Source: Lama glama (Eukaryota). From it: a stretch of 64,000 nucleotides of DNA. Below are positions 36,650 to 49,885 of the stretch, in pieces. The first letter of the stretch is position 1, and each line of letters opens with the position of its first letter. The DNA lies in contig CM052816.1 in NCBI GenBank assembly GCA_028534125.1, forward strand, positions 94,242,001-94,306,000, read 5' to 3'. Under the pieces are notes generated by a model. The model searched no databases, was not told the DNA's origin, and saw nothing but the letters and a program-made list of their open reading frames with translations. The translations under genes were made by a program, and so were the position numbers.

Positions 36650-39600
36650 GTGAGTTGCCTGCGCCGGGCTGCTGGGGCCAGGCGCATCCTCCTCAGCGTC
36701 GTCCTCCTCCTCGCCCTCCTCCTCGCCGCCAGTGGGGGTTGGTCCTCGGCTCCCGGCCGGCGGGCGGCGGTGGCGGCGGCTGCTGCGCGGTCCTGCCAGC
36801 CGGGGGAGGACCGCGGACGCGCCGGGTCCCCTCTCGGAAGACGGCTCTGCCTGGAACGGGGGCCGGGGTTAGTGCCTTTCTTGGAGCGGTTACCAAGTGG
36901 CTTCTCTGCGTGCTCCCCCTCCCTGCCACCCATCTCCCCCGGAGGAGGCGTATATAGGGCAACACCAACAATACTGCTCCCCGCCACCCTCCAGAACATA
37001 CCCGTTGCATTCATGACGTCCCTAATATACGGGAGAAGGCGGGTGGGGGTGGGGAGGACTTCCCTCCAGTCTTCTGCCCTTATGTTCAATGTCATTACGA
37101 TGTTTGGCTAGAACAAAATGGAAATACTTAGTCATATGCGTCCATGGCTGTTTCTTCACTCTCCCGCGGCTCGCCAGACCCGGGGCCCCTTTGGTCTATA
37201 TTTAGCTGTTTCAGAGGAAGCGTTTTCAGCTCGATTCACAGGTTTCGGGGGCTTCTGCGTCCTGACAATAGACAGCGAGGCTCCGGAAAGCGCCGCCTGA
37301 AACCCAGGTTTGGAACCCGGTGCATGTGCGTGGGAGGTTGCGATGCGATTATTTGGGTGATCCGTAATTAATGGCCGAAAGCAAAGCTGCTTTTCTTTTT
37401 TGCCGACCTTCCTCTTATTCTGGTGTGTAATGTGTTTGCATCGATTGCTGCTCAGCTGGCTCCAGCCACCACGTTCAGAATTAAGTCACTAGAGAGATGG
37501 TGCGGCTTCCCTGGTCTGTGTGGTAGGAAAACAGTCTGAGAGATTTTGGGGTGTGTATGTGGTTCCCACAATGAGCAGTTAGTTCTAAAAATGCCTAAAG
37601 TTGTGCTTCGCTGTAAATGTTGGGGTGGTGCAGAGTGTGGAAAAAGAAAAAGGAGGGCAGGTTGTGGTTCCAAGGTGTTTTTTTCCTCTTGCGTGCGTCA
37701 GTTGAACCGATCTGATTTGCTTTGGCTCTGAAAGGTGTTTTTAACATGCTTGCCTAACGTTCCCAAGCAAATATGTTGGTTTAGAAAAGGGATATGTTAT
37801 AACCACAGTATCAGGCTTGATACACATCTATTTTCACTTTTAGGAACTATGTGGCAGGTATTTAAGATGCTTGGAATTTTCTGCAGCGACTTGCATGAAA
37901 AGAGGGAGGTGCTGAAACTACCTAAGAGTTATCTCATTGTGCATCCTTCCATCAGCAGCTTTAAAGTCTCATCAGCTACTGACGGTAGTTCAGTTCATGT
38001 CTTTGCTGTTAGCAGTTCACCTACAGGATTAAAAGGCTTTGGAGCTGCACCACTTTTAAATTCCCTTGGGAAAGTGATGTGACTCACATGGAATTACAGG
38101 GCTGAACCTGTGCATGGTTTTGGGGGCTCTCTCAAGGGGAAGTATGACAGGTAGGGGGACGGGCGTCCTCAAATATGGACTCGGTGCTTTAGTCTGCCGT
38201 AAAATCTCTTTGCTACACGCAGAATCCATTTTTAATGTTTTGGGGAAAGTGTTAAGCGGCATCGTCACTGGTCTGTGCGGGCCACAGAGCTTGGATGAAG
38301 ATGATTGCGTTTGGAGTTAGATGCAGAAATTTGGGAGGCCTGTGATTATGCAGCTAAGAAGTCTTGGCGTCACGGAGAGACTAGCGAGGTCTGTGTGGCT
38401 CGAGTTAACTGAAGAGTGTGGTCAGTTTTACCAATATTGCTGTGCTTTCCCCTTATTCACATTCAGAAAACTTTCTAACAGCACTTGGAATATACTCTTG
38501 GCGCTTGTTGCATTGTTCTAATGTCAGATTTCTTGCAAAAAGAGGCAACAGGAGAAGTAGACATTCGTTTGCTTCTTTTGACTTTTCCTTTTGAATCTAC
38601 TCTTTCCATTATAAACAGAATTCTTAAAGGACTTGTCGATGCTACTCGGTGCCTGTGTGTGTACGTCAGGGCAGACGGTGGGTGGGGGAAAAGCTACGTG
38701 TATTGGATGTGTGAGTTTTATGTTATATTATGGCTTGAAAGTGATAGCACTTGATTGAATGGCAATTGCAGTGAGCACAGGAGGTTGCTGCTCTAATAAA
38801 ATTGTCCTCGTCTTGTGGAAAGGTGTTACTTCATTTGGTGTACGTTTGTGTAGTTCTATGACCTAATCATTGTAGATGTCGCTAATGTTTTCATTGTTCG
38901 TAATAAAAGTCATGCACTGACACATTACAGTATTTCCATCAACTTCACATCTTTCGAGATAGAACACAAGCCAATTCTTTCTCCACTGAAATAGTTCATC
39001 AAAGAGAAGCATGGAATTCAAATGATATTAGCTGGAAAATGCAATTTAGAATTTTGTTAAATAACTTAAAAGGATAATATCACATTCACAGTGACCCCTA
39101 AAATTACAAATGAAGTTATGGTATTCTGTACTTTTGACAGATAAATGAATATGCAGTCCTCTCCCTGACAGTGGTATGGAACTTGCTAGTTTCTGCTGTG
39201 CTTTTCCACAGTTCTCTTTTATATGGTATGCTTTTATGTGGAATTGTTGAAGAGTTCTCCAGAGTAATCGCATCAGGGTGTCCTTATGTAAGAAATTAAA
39301 GTTACATTTAAAATAGCTTACTGTAATTTGTTCATAAAGTCAGACATAGTTTATATAGGCCAGTGTATCTGGTTGTAACAAGGCAATTGAACTAAAATAG
39401 GAATTATTGGCATTTTGAGCTGCCAAGAGTATTCTTTTTTTTTCTTTCTTGCTTTTCCTGATGATTATCCCCAGAAGATATGAATACCCATTATGGTTGT
39501 TTCTCTGTGTGAACTTTAATTTAGCTAGTGGAGAATTGGTTATGCTGGGATTACTATTCCTAAAAGTTTTTATTTTTCATAAAGGTTTTTATTTTTAAAA

Positions 39601-40843
39601 GATGCTACATTCTTGAGAGTGCTTAAACTTGAACACCATAATTCAGAAGTTGACCAAATACCGAGAGAAGATGAGCAGGTATTTTTAAATCCAGTACTTC
39701 CATTGAAGCTGTGGTACAGTGACTCTTTGCTTGCGGAAATACACCTGTAGGTCAAATTCGTCAGTTGGCTTCCATGATGGTTTACATCAACCATATTCCA
39801 AAGGTGTTCTCAGAGCTTTGGTACCTTGATGACTTTGTGATAAATGTTATGTGGATGTGGATGAAAAGGTTTTTTTGGCTAAAACAGTTGATGATACTTG
39901 TTGCTGGCTTCAAGTTTATCTGATTATATGCCAAAGCAACAGCTTTTTATATTAATGGAAAATATTAAACATGTCATGGATAAATAATTTCTTTCACATT
40001 CTTTGCCAATCTAGCCTACTGATTAATAAACTGCCTAGTTGGCTTTAATGAATGCAATTATATTCACAAACAGTTCTTCAACACAGGAGACTCATGGAAA
40101 TATTTTATCATACTGTTCTTCTAGGTCATTAAAAATGTTAAAACTCATAACAAAAGTGTGTGGTTATGACACCCCCAGTTGTTTATCTTTTGATCACATA
40201 GCAGCTGAGCATAATTTCAAGCTCAGTATCATGGTTAATTGATTTGTAGGAAATGTCTTAGCTGTATTAGGATATTGAAGTTAGACTCTGTATCAATTAG
40301 TTTTTGACAAATTGCAAATAATGACTAAATAAGTGAAACAGTGCTTCCTAAAATGCCTCTCCTGTGTCCCTTGGTAAGATTCCTGAAAAGTTATCTGTGA
40401 AATGAATGACATATAGTGAAACCTATGATTCCATTAACTGTCATTTCAGGACAGAAATATATCTCTAGAGGAAAAACTTGGGTTTTTCCCTAGAATGAAT
40501 ATATATACATATTTCATATTTTTAAATATTTAATATATTTATATGTAATATTAGGATGTATATCCCAGTGTAATGCTGTTTTGGATTCTGCTTCAGATAG
40601 ATGCAGAGATGAGAGAAGCACTGGCTTTGAATGGATCCCAGCTTTGTCTCTGTTAAGCCTGTGTGTCCTTGGCAATTTATGTGAGGCTGTTTTGACCTCA
40701 ATGTTTTCAGCTGTAAAATGGGTATCATAAATAAATATGTACTCTAAAATAAATTTAAAAAATAAGCAAACTGAATGAGTCACAAGGATGAAATGTACAG
40801 CATAGGGAATATAGTCAATAATAATAATGTAGTATCTTACATG

Positions 40844-40980
40844 ATTTATTTTATTTTGTGTGTGGGAAGTAATTAGCTTTATTTATTTATTTATTTATTG
40901 GAGGAGGTGTGGGGGATTGAACCCAGGACCTTGTGCATGCTAACCCATGCACTCTACCACTTGAGCTGTACCCAACCCCC
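40844..40980 (-). mobile_element. Vic-1-type camelid tRNA-derived SINE
   Basis: Reverse complement ggggttgggtacagctcaagtggtagagtgcatg...ggtcctgggttcaatcccc...aataaataaa...ctaattacttccc; Pol III A and B boxes. Confidence 0.88.
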
Positions 40981-42339
40981 AGCTTGGTTTACTTTAAAAA
41001 GAATGAGTACAGTAAGAAAGTCTGAAAAGATTGGTTTCAGGAAAAAGGAAAGAAGTGCATAAGTGCCTTGTAATGATAAATGTTTGTACAAACACGAGCG
41101 ATGTATATCTACATATTAAGAGGAGTACTTCGGCTTCACTTATGTCTTACTAAATATGTTATAAAAGCCACCACTATCTCTAACAAAGGCTATTAAATAG
41201 ATATATTCTCCCCCACTCCTATTGTATTATTACTTTATTATATAGATTTCCATATAAAATGTTTTCTACTGTGCAACATGCCACTCCTTTACATATTAAA
41301 ATATATAATAGTTGAGATAAAAGAGAAGCCCTTTGTCTCTCCCAGCAGCATTATTAAAAAAACAGATTCTAATCTAACAGTCAGAAATTGCAAACCTTTG
41401 ATACTCCCTATTAGTGTTACATTATTCACCTAAGATCACATTTTCTACAAAGCTGAATAATGTAGAAAGAATATTATAGACAGTTTTATAAGCATCACTC
41501 TCTGTGAGGTCAAATATTAAACAGCTGCTCTTTTTAGAACCACAGAGCCCTGAACCACAATATTGTTGTGCCAAAGAAAACAGAAACGGAAACAGCTAAA
41601 TTTATTACTTAAAGAGAAGACCCACCCCACCCCCAATTAAATTCAAGTTCTTGGGAAAAAAACATGTGTGTTCATTGGTACCTTTTCAAAAATAAACGGT
41701 CATCTTCACTTGCCCTTTCACTCTTAGTTGCTTCAGTGAAGTGCCCAGCCCCTGCAAGGTAACACTCAGATCTTCAACATAATTATAACCATAATAATGC
41801 TTGGATGCATTTTAGAAATTGTTACAGATTGTGACCTATAGAACAGGAGACTAACTTATCTTCAGTCAGAAAAACATTTTGGCAATAAATGTGGGCATTT
41901 ATATTTAAATTTATATGCTATTGTGGGAACTGCCAATTATAAGAGTAAGACACATGTTATAATAAAAGACCTTTCTGGTTTGAGGACCAAAATAAGCAGG
42001 TGAGCCCATGATGTTTGGTTAAATAACTGTCAGTGTCAAAATTTCTCTAAGTTTGAAATGAAATAAAATGTATTTGTAAATAGGGTATTTAGTTTATAGC
42101 ATTTGATGATGGGGAACAGTTAATTCTATCATTGACATTTGTTATTATATTTATCCTGCATAGGTGAAGACTGGAGTTTTTTCATTAGTGACCTTTTTTT
42201 GCATGATGTCATTATCACAACTGTCATTAAATGATTGATTTGATGTACATGTATTAAGGAAGATGCATTTTGTTCACGTTTTAAATACTTTATTCTTTTG
42301 GTTTAGAAGCATCTTCATAATCGTATAGTGCTTATTGTA

Positions 42340-42839
42340 NNNNNNNNNNNNNNNNNNNNNNNNNNNNNNNNNNNNNNNNNNNNNNNNNNNNNNNNNNNNN
42401 NNNNNNNNNNNNNNNNNNNNNNNNNNNNNNNNNNNNNNNNNNNNNNNNNNNNNNNNNNNNNNNNNNNNNNNNNNNNNNNNNNNNNNNNNNNNNNNNNNNN
42501 NNNNNNNNNNNNNNNNNNNNNNNNNNNNNNNNNNNNNNNNNNNNNNNNNNNNNNNNNNNNNNNNNNNNNNNNNNNNNNNNNNNNNNNNNNNNNNNNNNNN
42601 NNNNNNNNNNNNNNNNNNNNNNNNNNNNNNNNNNNNNNNNNNNNNNNNNNNNNNNNNNNNNNNNNNNNNNNNNNNNNNNNNNNNNNNNNNNNNNNNNNNN
42701 NNNNNNNNNNNNNNNNNNNNNNNNNNNNNNNNNNNNNNNNNNNNNNNNNNNNNNNNNNNNNNNNNNNNNNNNNNNNNNNNNNNNNNNNNNNNNNNNNNNN
42801 NNNNNNNNNNNNNNNNNNNNNNNNNNNNNNNNNNNNNNN
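42340..42839. other. Assembly gap (500 N)
   Basis: Run of N. Confidence 1.
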
Positions 42840-44329
42840 AAAAAAAAAAGGCTCACTTCTTAAAATTTATCTTATTCTTCTCTCTCAAATATTTTATTTG
42901 GACTTTCAAACATTAGAGTAACATAGCGGTCATTACCTTCAGTAACACAGAATAATTTAATTTCCAGGAAGAGCAATTTCTTTGGCAGCAAACCAAGTCT
43001 TCCAAATATAAAAGAGCCACAATTCAGTCTCTTGTCTCTAGCACTGTCTTCACTGGTGCTGAACATGGTATTTTTGGAATCTCTGGTTGAGGAGGTGGAG
43101 GAGTTCTCCAGAAGGGCAGACACGTGAAATGGGCATCGTGTAGATGGTCTCAGAGACAGTAGGGTTCGTGTCACATTTACCCAGGACATGAAGGGTGGTC
43201 CAGGAAGCCTGGGGCTTGTAGTGTTTAGATGAAACTGTTTGGCTTGAGTCGGGTTGGAAAAGGTAACACTGAAAAGGTCCTCAGGTAGCACATTTGCTTT
43301 ACTAAACACCTACGGATTCATCCAGAGAGAGCCTGTTTCAAGCTAAATCGCTTTCCATATTGATTGTAATACCCAGTTCTTGTTCATCAGGATTCATGCT
43401 ACATGAAAAATCTTAGAATAAAACTAGTATATAGTTAAATGCGTGTACTTGTATAGACATACAGTGGCACCTCTGTCCAAGAGAATATTGTGTAGCTGTG
43501 AGTTATCTTTTTAGAGAATAGTTGATTATATAGGAAGTATTCATGGTACTGAAGTTAAGAAGAAAATAAAGCAAAAAACTGTACTGAATATGACACCCAG
43601 CATACACACCCACTCACGTTGCCATGCAAACACAAGAACATAGTATTTATGGCAGAGTTTCAAGTGTTTTGTTCTTTATATATTATCTTTCCACTAAATA
43701 GATCATAGTTTGATATAGAATATATCACCACACAGGGAAAAAAATCATGCCTTTACATTTTTGAAAAGGATGTGATCTATTTGCTTTGGAATACGTTTCA
43801 TTCATTAGCTGAACGCCTGACTGAAAGTTAACAGGTTTCGTTCTTCGTGGAGTGTATCTTATGTATATTCTGATCAGTGCCACGCCTATATTTTCTCTGC
43901 TTTTAAATTTGAGAGATGTATTGAGTAGTTTTATCAAGTTGCTGTCTTCTTGAGAACTCTGTAGCACAGTAGTGAAATATTTTTCTCTTTTTCAAATAAA
44001 CCTTTGTAATTTTTTCCGGTTTCAAAAATAACACACTATGATTAAAAATTTGGACAGTGGAGAATTGACTCAAAGAAGCTAAGGTTCATGCATGATCGGA
44101 AGCTCCTGAAATGATTGAGTATATTTGCAGCAGAAATGCGAATCCATACCCATCTTCAAGTTTAGAAGAGTCCTCTGTTGTGTTACCTTTTAGCATGTAA
44201 GACAGCTTTTCTCATAGAGTTAGTTTTCACTTTTGTGTCTGTTTTCCATACCTTTCTATAACATCAGTCACTTAAACAACTTGCTGTTTTGGGAGCTGGA
44301 TGGCATTTTCATTTGGGGGTGGTATAATA

Positions 44330-44850
44330 TGATGCTGTGATTAAAGCTAAATCGTTTTCTTCAGATTATTTTCTCTGGATTACTTCCTAGAACTGGATGT
44401 TTTCAAGGCTGTAGATATATGCTGTCAAATTGTCCTCCAGAAAGTTTCTGTAATTTGTATTTCTTCAGGTAAGGCAGGAGTGTGCCAGTTTCCCCATGAT
44501 CTTGGTAACACTGGGTATTATAGTTAAAACAAAACAACGAATTCCAATTAAATAGGAGAAATACTGTGTTTTCCTTCATTTAATTCGCTTCTCACTGAAT
44601 ATGGCTGAGGTTGAATACCATATATTTAGGAGATGAACTCCTAATTCTTTGGTGAATGGTCTTTTTGTATCTTCTGCACGTTTCTCAGTTGGTCCGTTTG
44701 CCTTGCTCTTGATTGGTATTATTTGTCTGTGGTACTTACGTTACCCTTTGCCATGTTTTACCAGTTTATTCCTCATTTGATCAGTTCTTATTTGTAAAGC
44801 AGAATTCTAAAGCTTGTAGTTCAGTATGTCCCCATTTTTTGGTGGGATTT
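44330..44850 (-). mobile_element. Ancient L1 (L1ME-like) ORF2 fragment
   Basis: gatatatgctgtcaaattgtcctccagaaagtttctgtaatttgtat is antisense L1ME-like text. Confidence 0.55.
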
Positions 44851-47800
44851 CTTCTTTAAGGAGACGTTCTGTTGCTCCCTGATTCCGTGTGTCCCGGTAG
44901 TAAAGGCGCCGGTGGACCACACAGAGGGATGGCTTCGTGGTTGTATCTCAACAGGACGGCGTTCTCAGCTCAGCGTTTCCTTTTTTTTTTTTTTTAGCAT
45001 GTGGATAAGCTACTTCTGAGTGTCATAGTTGATGGAGGGGAGGTAATAACCCCTGTGTCTTCAGGTGGCTGTGTGGACAAACTCAGAGAGTACAGACCTA
45101 AAATACATAGCAGAGCATCTGGTCTACTGGTGACCCTCTTTCATAGCTTTAGCTACTTCTACTGTTAAATGCTAAACAGGACGCATCTTCTTCTTGAATT
45201 CTGTCCTCTGCTTCCCCCACATGCAGCTTAATCACTGACGTGCCTGCACAGGCTCAGGGACGTCTGTGCGAGAGGCAGGGTGTTTGCGACACTCTGGGGC
45301 TCACGGGTGGGAGCTCTGCTGGGTGTGCAGCCTTCACTTCTCTGCGTGGTTCAGGTGCGTTGGGAAGAGTGAGTCAGGATGCCTCTCTCAGGAAATCATG
45401 GCTTTCTATGTCACACATACGGGTGCGTAGATATCTATGTGCATCATCTACACAGTCATAGAGGACCGTGCTTCTCCCCGCCCCCGCCCCATACTGGTAG
45501 TCTGTCCCTTTTTATCATTGATCCTAAAATCCTCGGACAGTAGTTGGCACATGGTGAACACTCAGTTAATCATTGTGAGCTACACGTACATTTTTATTTT
45601 CATTGTCAGAAGTGATGCATGAACTCAGAATTGTTTGCTTTGGTTCGTGTTGGCTACTGGGCACTGCGGCTCTGGAAGGAGGACTGGATTCAAGTTCTGC
45701 GCCCCGGCATCCAGGTGATGCTTGGTGCCAGCTTTCTCTTGTGCCCTTGTGACTGGGCCTGTTTTGATTTTCTTCCTCATTGTGATCAAAATTCACGGAG
45801 ATTTTGTGAATGTGATATGATAATTTGTATGAAATGCTTTAGAAGGCCTAACCATAGCAAGCATTAAAGTATAAAATATACTTCCTAGAACTTTTGACAT
45901 GCTTCAAAAATAGGGCAATTTTTTTTTTTTGCGTGAGTTGGAATCAAAAGATTTTCCTGTCTGCGAAACTAAGTCTCCAACCTCCATCACTCATAGGGTT
46001 AAAAATGCCATTTCTCTAATGGTCGTAGTTTCCATGCCGTTCATTGGATGTTGCCTAAAGGAAGCATTCTCCTTCATCCATCAGTGGAAGTAATTTCTGT
46101 TATTTCTTTATACGACTTCAAAAATTGTATGTTAGACCAAATTGGCTCCAAAAAAAAAAAGTTCCCTCTGTTTTTTTTTCTGTTTTGCACAGATATTTGC
46201 TGCTCAAAAGGAAAGCTGGAAGGAGCCCTATGTTCCTCAGAGATTGAAGTCTGTAGACATGTCCCCAGAATATTATTTTCTCTCCTGGTGGGCTGCCGAG
46301 TCTGGCGCCTGGAAGGCTTCATCAGAACAGTTTTAGAAGTGTGAACCGTAGCTGGCTTCCATTTTTTGAGCATGTTTCCTTAAATACTTGGAACACAATT
46401 TCAGAGAATTCTTATCACTGTAACTGTAGGCTGCCAATAGGAAGACATCATGTGTAAGTTACAGGGGGGAATAAACCTTTCGTATGTTCCCTGTTCTAAT
46501 AACTTTTGAAGGAAGAGGAGTTAATATGCCTCGCTGAGAATGTTTAGTAGTGAGTATCAAAGTTTTAGGCACTCAGGAGGAGATGCTAATTACGGTTTTA
46601 CTCGCTGCTTATAGCAGTTTCACGTACGGCTCTTTTTTCTTATAAATCTAAAACCTTCTTTCTGCAACTGAGGGCAAGTGGCATGACAAATTGTATAGGG
46701 ATTTCATATTTCCTGTGTCTGCAATTGAGAGGATTCTTGGAATTCTTTTAGCTTGTACATAGGAAGCCTAGAAAGAGGTAAAGTGTCCGGGGGAGGGACA
46801 AGAGGATGGTAGGGGGAAATTGACCCTTGGTGACATCCCATCTTCCTCCACAAATACAGCTTGTGGACTCTTAGGACTGAGTATGTTCTGGAGAGCTTCG
46901 ATAGATGGGATGGGAATTTGGTCAACACCTGGGAAGAAGTGTGGACATTTTAAGCAAGAAGGAGCAGGCAGCTAAATTAGTTTTAACGGGCTGGTCAATG
47001 GTCATTGATTAATCCATTCAGTCAGCAGACTGGGCTGAATATGAGTTTTGAAGAAGCAGTAAGTTATAAAATACTGGCAAACAGCATGTTATTCCAGAGC
47101 CAGAGAATCGGCCCCTCTTTGAGTAGTTCAGCTATTTTCTCTAGTTGAAGAGTAGCTACTACTGTCCTTTTCAAACTTGGATTTCAGATTCAGGTGGCCA
47201 TGCTGCCCGGTTTCCCATCACTTCTCTGAAATCCCTCCCTTGCTCGTATGTGCCCGTTCTGTTTAAAATGCATCCATTGCTACTCAGCCTCAGGATCTTT
47301 CAGTGCTCAACAGAAATACTTTCCATTTACACAGTGTAATAATATGAGTTAATGTGGCTTCCCGGCGGCCCAGACAATTATGCAGTTTATAATAGCGGTG
47401 ATACCTGCAGACTGGCAGGTGATACAGACCTGCCAGTGGGACAGCTAGGGGACAGCCTGATCAAGTGCTATCTTGGGTTGAACAGGGTGTGGGAGGAAAT
47501 GTAAGCAATTATTCCTTTGAGTTTTACAGCATGTTAATCATTACAAGTGCTTTCCCATATTTTATCTTTTGAAAGTGAGGATAAGAATTTCAAAAGCAAC
47601 ATAACAGATTTTGGAACCAAGAGTAGATTTTTGTCATTTTCGCTTAGTCTCAGAAGCTCCTTAGGTGACTTATATCTGAGTTTAAATACACATGCTGTTC
47701 TTGCAGCTGTGCATCATTTTAGCTCTTTGGGATGTGGCGGGTTCAATGTTCGGTGGCTTGAAGAGATTTTTAGCTCTGACTCAGAGAAGATGCTGTTAAA

Positions 47801-48629
47801 CTCAGAGTTGGTGTCACAGTTTCTCTCAGTGTCTTAACGTTACGCTTACCCAGCTCTGTTTGGTGCCTATTGTCTTTTCTTCTTAACTTTTTAGAACAAA
47901 TTGCTTTGTGGGCTGTCAGGGAAAATTATATTTCTTATTTGTCGTACCTTATTAGTTTTCAGTATGTATGTCTGTGATTTACTTAAAAAAGCTACTCGTG
48001 TGCTACAGGAGTAATTTCAGTCTTTCTACTGCATGTTTTTCATGTAAGTAGATCATTGTTAACCTACACATTTGCTGCTAATGTATCTTTGAAGATAGGT
48101 CTCACTGGGCATCTGGCAAAAGGTAAGGCTGCTTCTACATTCATTTTGAGGCATTGAGGAGGACAGTCAAGGCAGGCAGTTCAGCCCAGTATATCCACGT
48201 GGTACTCAACCCTTTACAGTGATGTCATTGGCACGTCAGAAAGTTTGCCGTCATGATAGCGAGAAGCTAAGCTGCACGTACATATTAAGCTAAAAATATA
48301 GATGCAAAGTAAGATGTCAAGTACTGGGATGTGCAGATGTGCAGCGTTATAGAGGATATCATGACGTCAGAGGAGTCTGTGAAGTTGTTTGCAGATCACC
48401 AGGAGAAGACGGTAGAACATTGTGACAGCTGATGAATAGACTCTCCTGTAATGTTAAGTGGATAATTGAGTACCTTTTGCTAAGTGGCAAAAATTCTGCC
48501 TCAATCCAAAAGTGAGAACACGCCTGTCCGCTCAGCCATGGAAGTTGGGGACCACATGTCCAGGGGCATGCTTGTGATGGTGCAGCCTGGCTCTGGGAGT
48601 ACTTCACTAAATGAAAACATTGTAAGAGA

Positions 48630-48996
48630 CCATCTTAGTCTGCTTTGGCTGCCACTGGGTGGCTTAAACAACAGACATTTATTTCACAGTTCTGACGACT
48701 GTGAAGTCCAAGGTCAAGGTGCAGCCAACTCAGTTCCTGGTGAGGGCTGTCTTCCTGCCTTGCAGACAGCTGCCCTCTTTCCGTGTCTTCACGTGGCCTT
48801 TCCTTGGTGCAAGCATCTCTCTCTCTCTCTCTCTTTCTTCTTATAAAGCCACTAATCCCTTTGTGAGAACCTCATCCTCATGACCTCACCTGACCCCAGT
48901 TACCTTCCAAAGGCCCCACCTCTGTGTAGCATCATGTTAGCAGTTAGGGCAGCAACATGTGCATTTTGGGGAGGCACAAACATTCATCCCTAATAG
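48630..48996 (-). mobile_element. MaLR LTR (MLT1A-like)
   Basis: ctgggtggcttaaacaacagacatttattt...ttttggggaggcacaaacattc. Confidence 0.85.
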
Positions 48997-49797
48997 AAGC
49001 CGCAAGGCAAAATCAGCAACGTCCCAGTGCTGAGGAAGGCAGATTTGGGGTGTTTGGTATTGAATTAGTCCCTAAATGAGTAAGAATTACTGATGGATAA
49101 TATGGGTCATTCTTTAAGGTATTTTAAATTATTCTTTGGTAAACATACAATGTTTTGCCTTGATTTAGAAAATGTATAGAATCTGACATGCAGAATGATG
49201 CTCTAGGTGGAAGGCTGGAGACACATTTCTGTATAACCAACTTCGGGTATTCCAGATTCTTTTTATAGACGTTTTTTCAAAATTGCATGGCTGCTTCTCA
49301 CCTTGGCTGAACTCTCGCTTCTTATCACGCTGATCCCAGGCCACCATCCTCTCTCACCAGGAATTCGGCAGTTGGCCGCTGGCCAGCCACCCTCCCTTCG
49401 CTCTGCTTCCCTTCGGCTGGTGACCCCCTCACAGCCTGAGAGGGTCCCTATACATCCACTCGCATCTTGTCTTTGCATAGAACCCGGGCAGTGACAAACA
49501 GGAAGAAATCCAGCCTCTTCCTGTCCTGTCCCAGCTCCCTCTCTCTCCCCACTCCTGGTTGTTTAGGCTGTAGTCTCTCTGGCCATCTTTCTGCCTCTCC
49601 TGATCTTCCTGCTAAAGCTGATCCCCTCTCAGTTTCCCTCCTCACAATTAACCTATCTGATCTTCTTTACAACATGTATGAGAACCAGAAATCATCTCAC
49701 TTATTTATTGGTTTGCAAGTTTATTTTCATGTCTGGTCCCATTTGAATGCAACCTTCTTGAAGGTTGGTCGTTAAAATGGCTTTGACATTCATCCTG

Positions 49798-49885
49798 GAG
49801 GGAGGGTGTAGTTCAGTGGTAGAGTGTGTGCTTAGCATGCTTGAGGTCCTGGCTTCAATTCCCAGCACCTCCATTATAAAAAAAA
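49798..49885 (+). mobile_element. Vic-1-type tRNA-derived SINE (short form), inserted in an L2 remnant
   Basis: gagggtgtagttcagtggtagag...ggcttcaattcccagcacctcc plus poly(A); TSD ttcatcctg (49789-49797 and 49887-49895). Confidence 0.9.

Larger units (their letters stand above)
35800..37350 (+). promoter_or_regulatory. CTNND2: CpG-island promoter and 5' leader of CTNND2
   Basis: Very high GC and CpG density against an AT-rich background; GC box GGGGCGG near 36008; contains exon 1. The exact TSS cannot be read from sequence. Confidence 0.9.

Noticed and set aside
35616..37111. Long ORFs of 416, 334, 186, 181 and 175 aa across the CpG island
   Set aside because: Low-complexity Ala/Arg/Gly/Pro translations caused by stop-codon depletion in GC-rich repeats. 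Only 36613-36649 matches a known protein.
42328..42921. ORFs spanning the second N run
   Set aside because: Artefacts of the assembly gap.
49798..49885. tRNA-Ala-like gene call (also 40900-40980)
   Set aside because: Poly(A) tail, TSD and imperfect stems show SINE copies, not tRNA genes.
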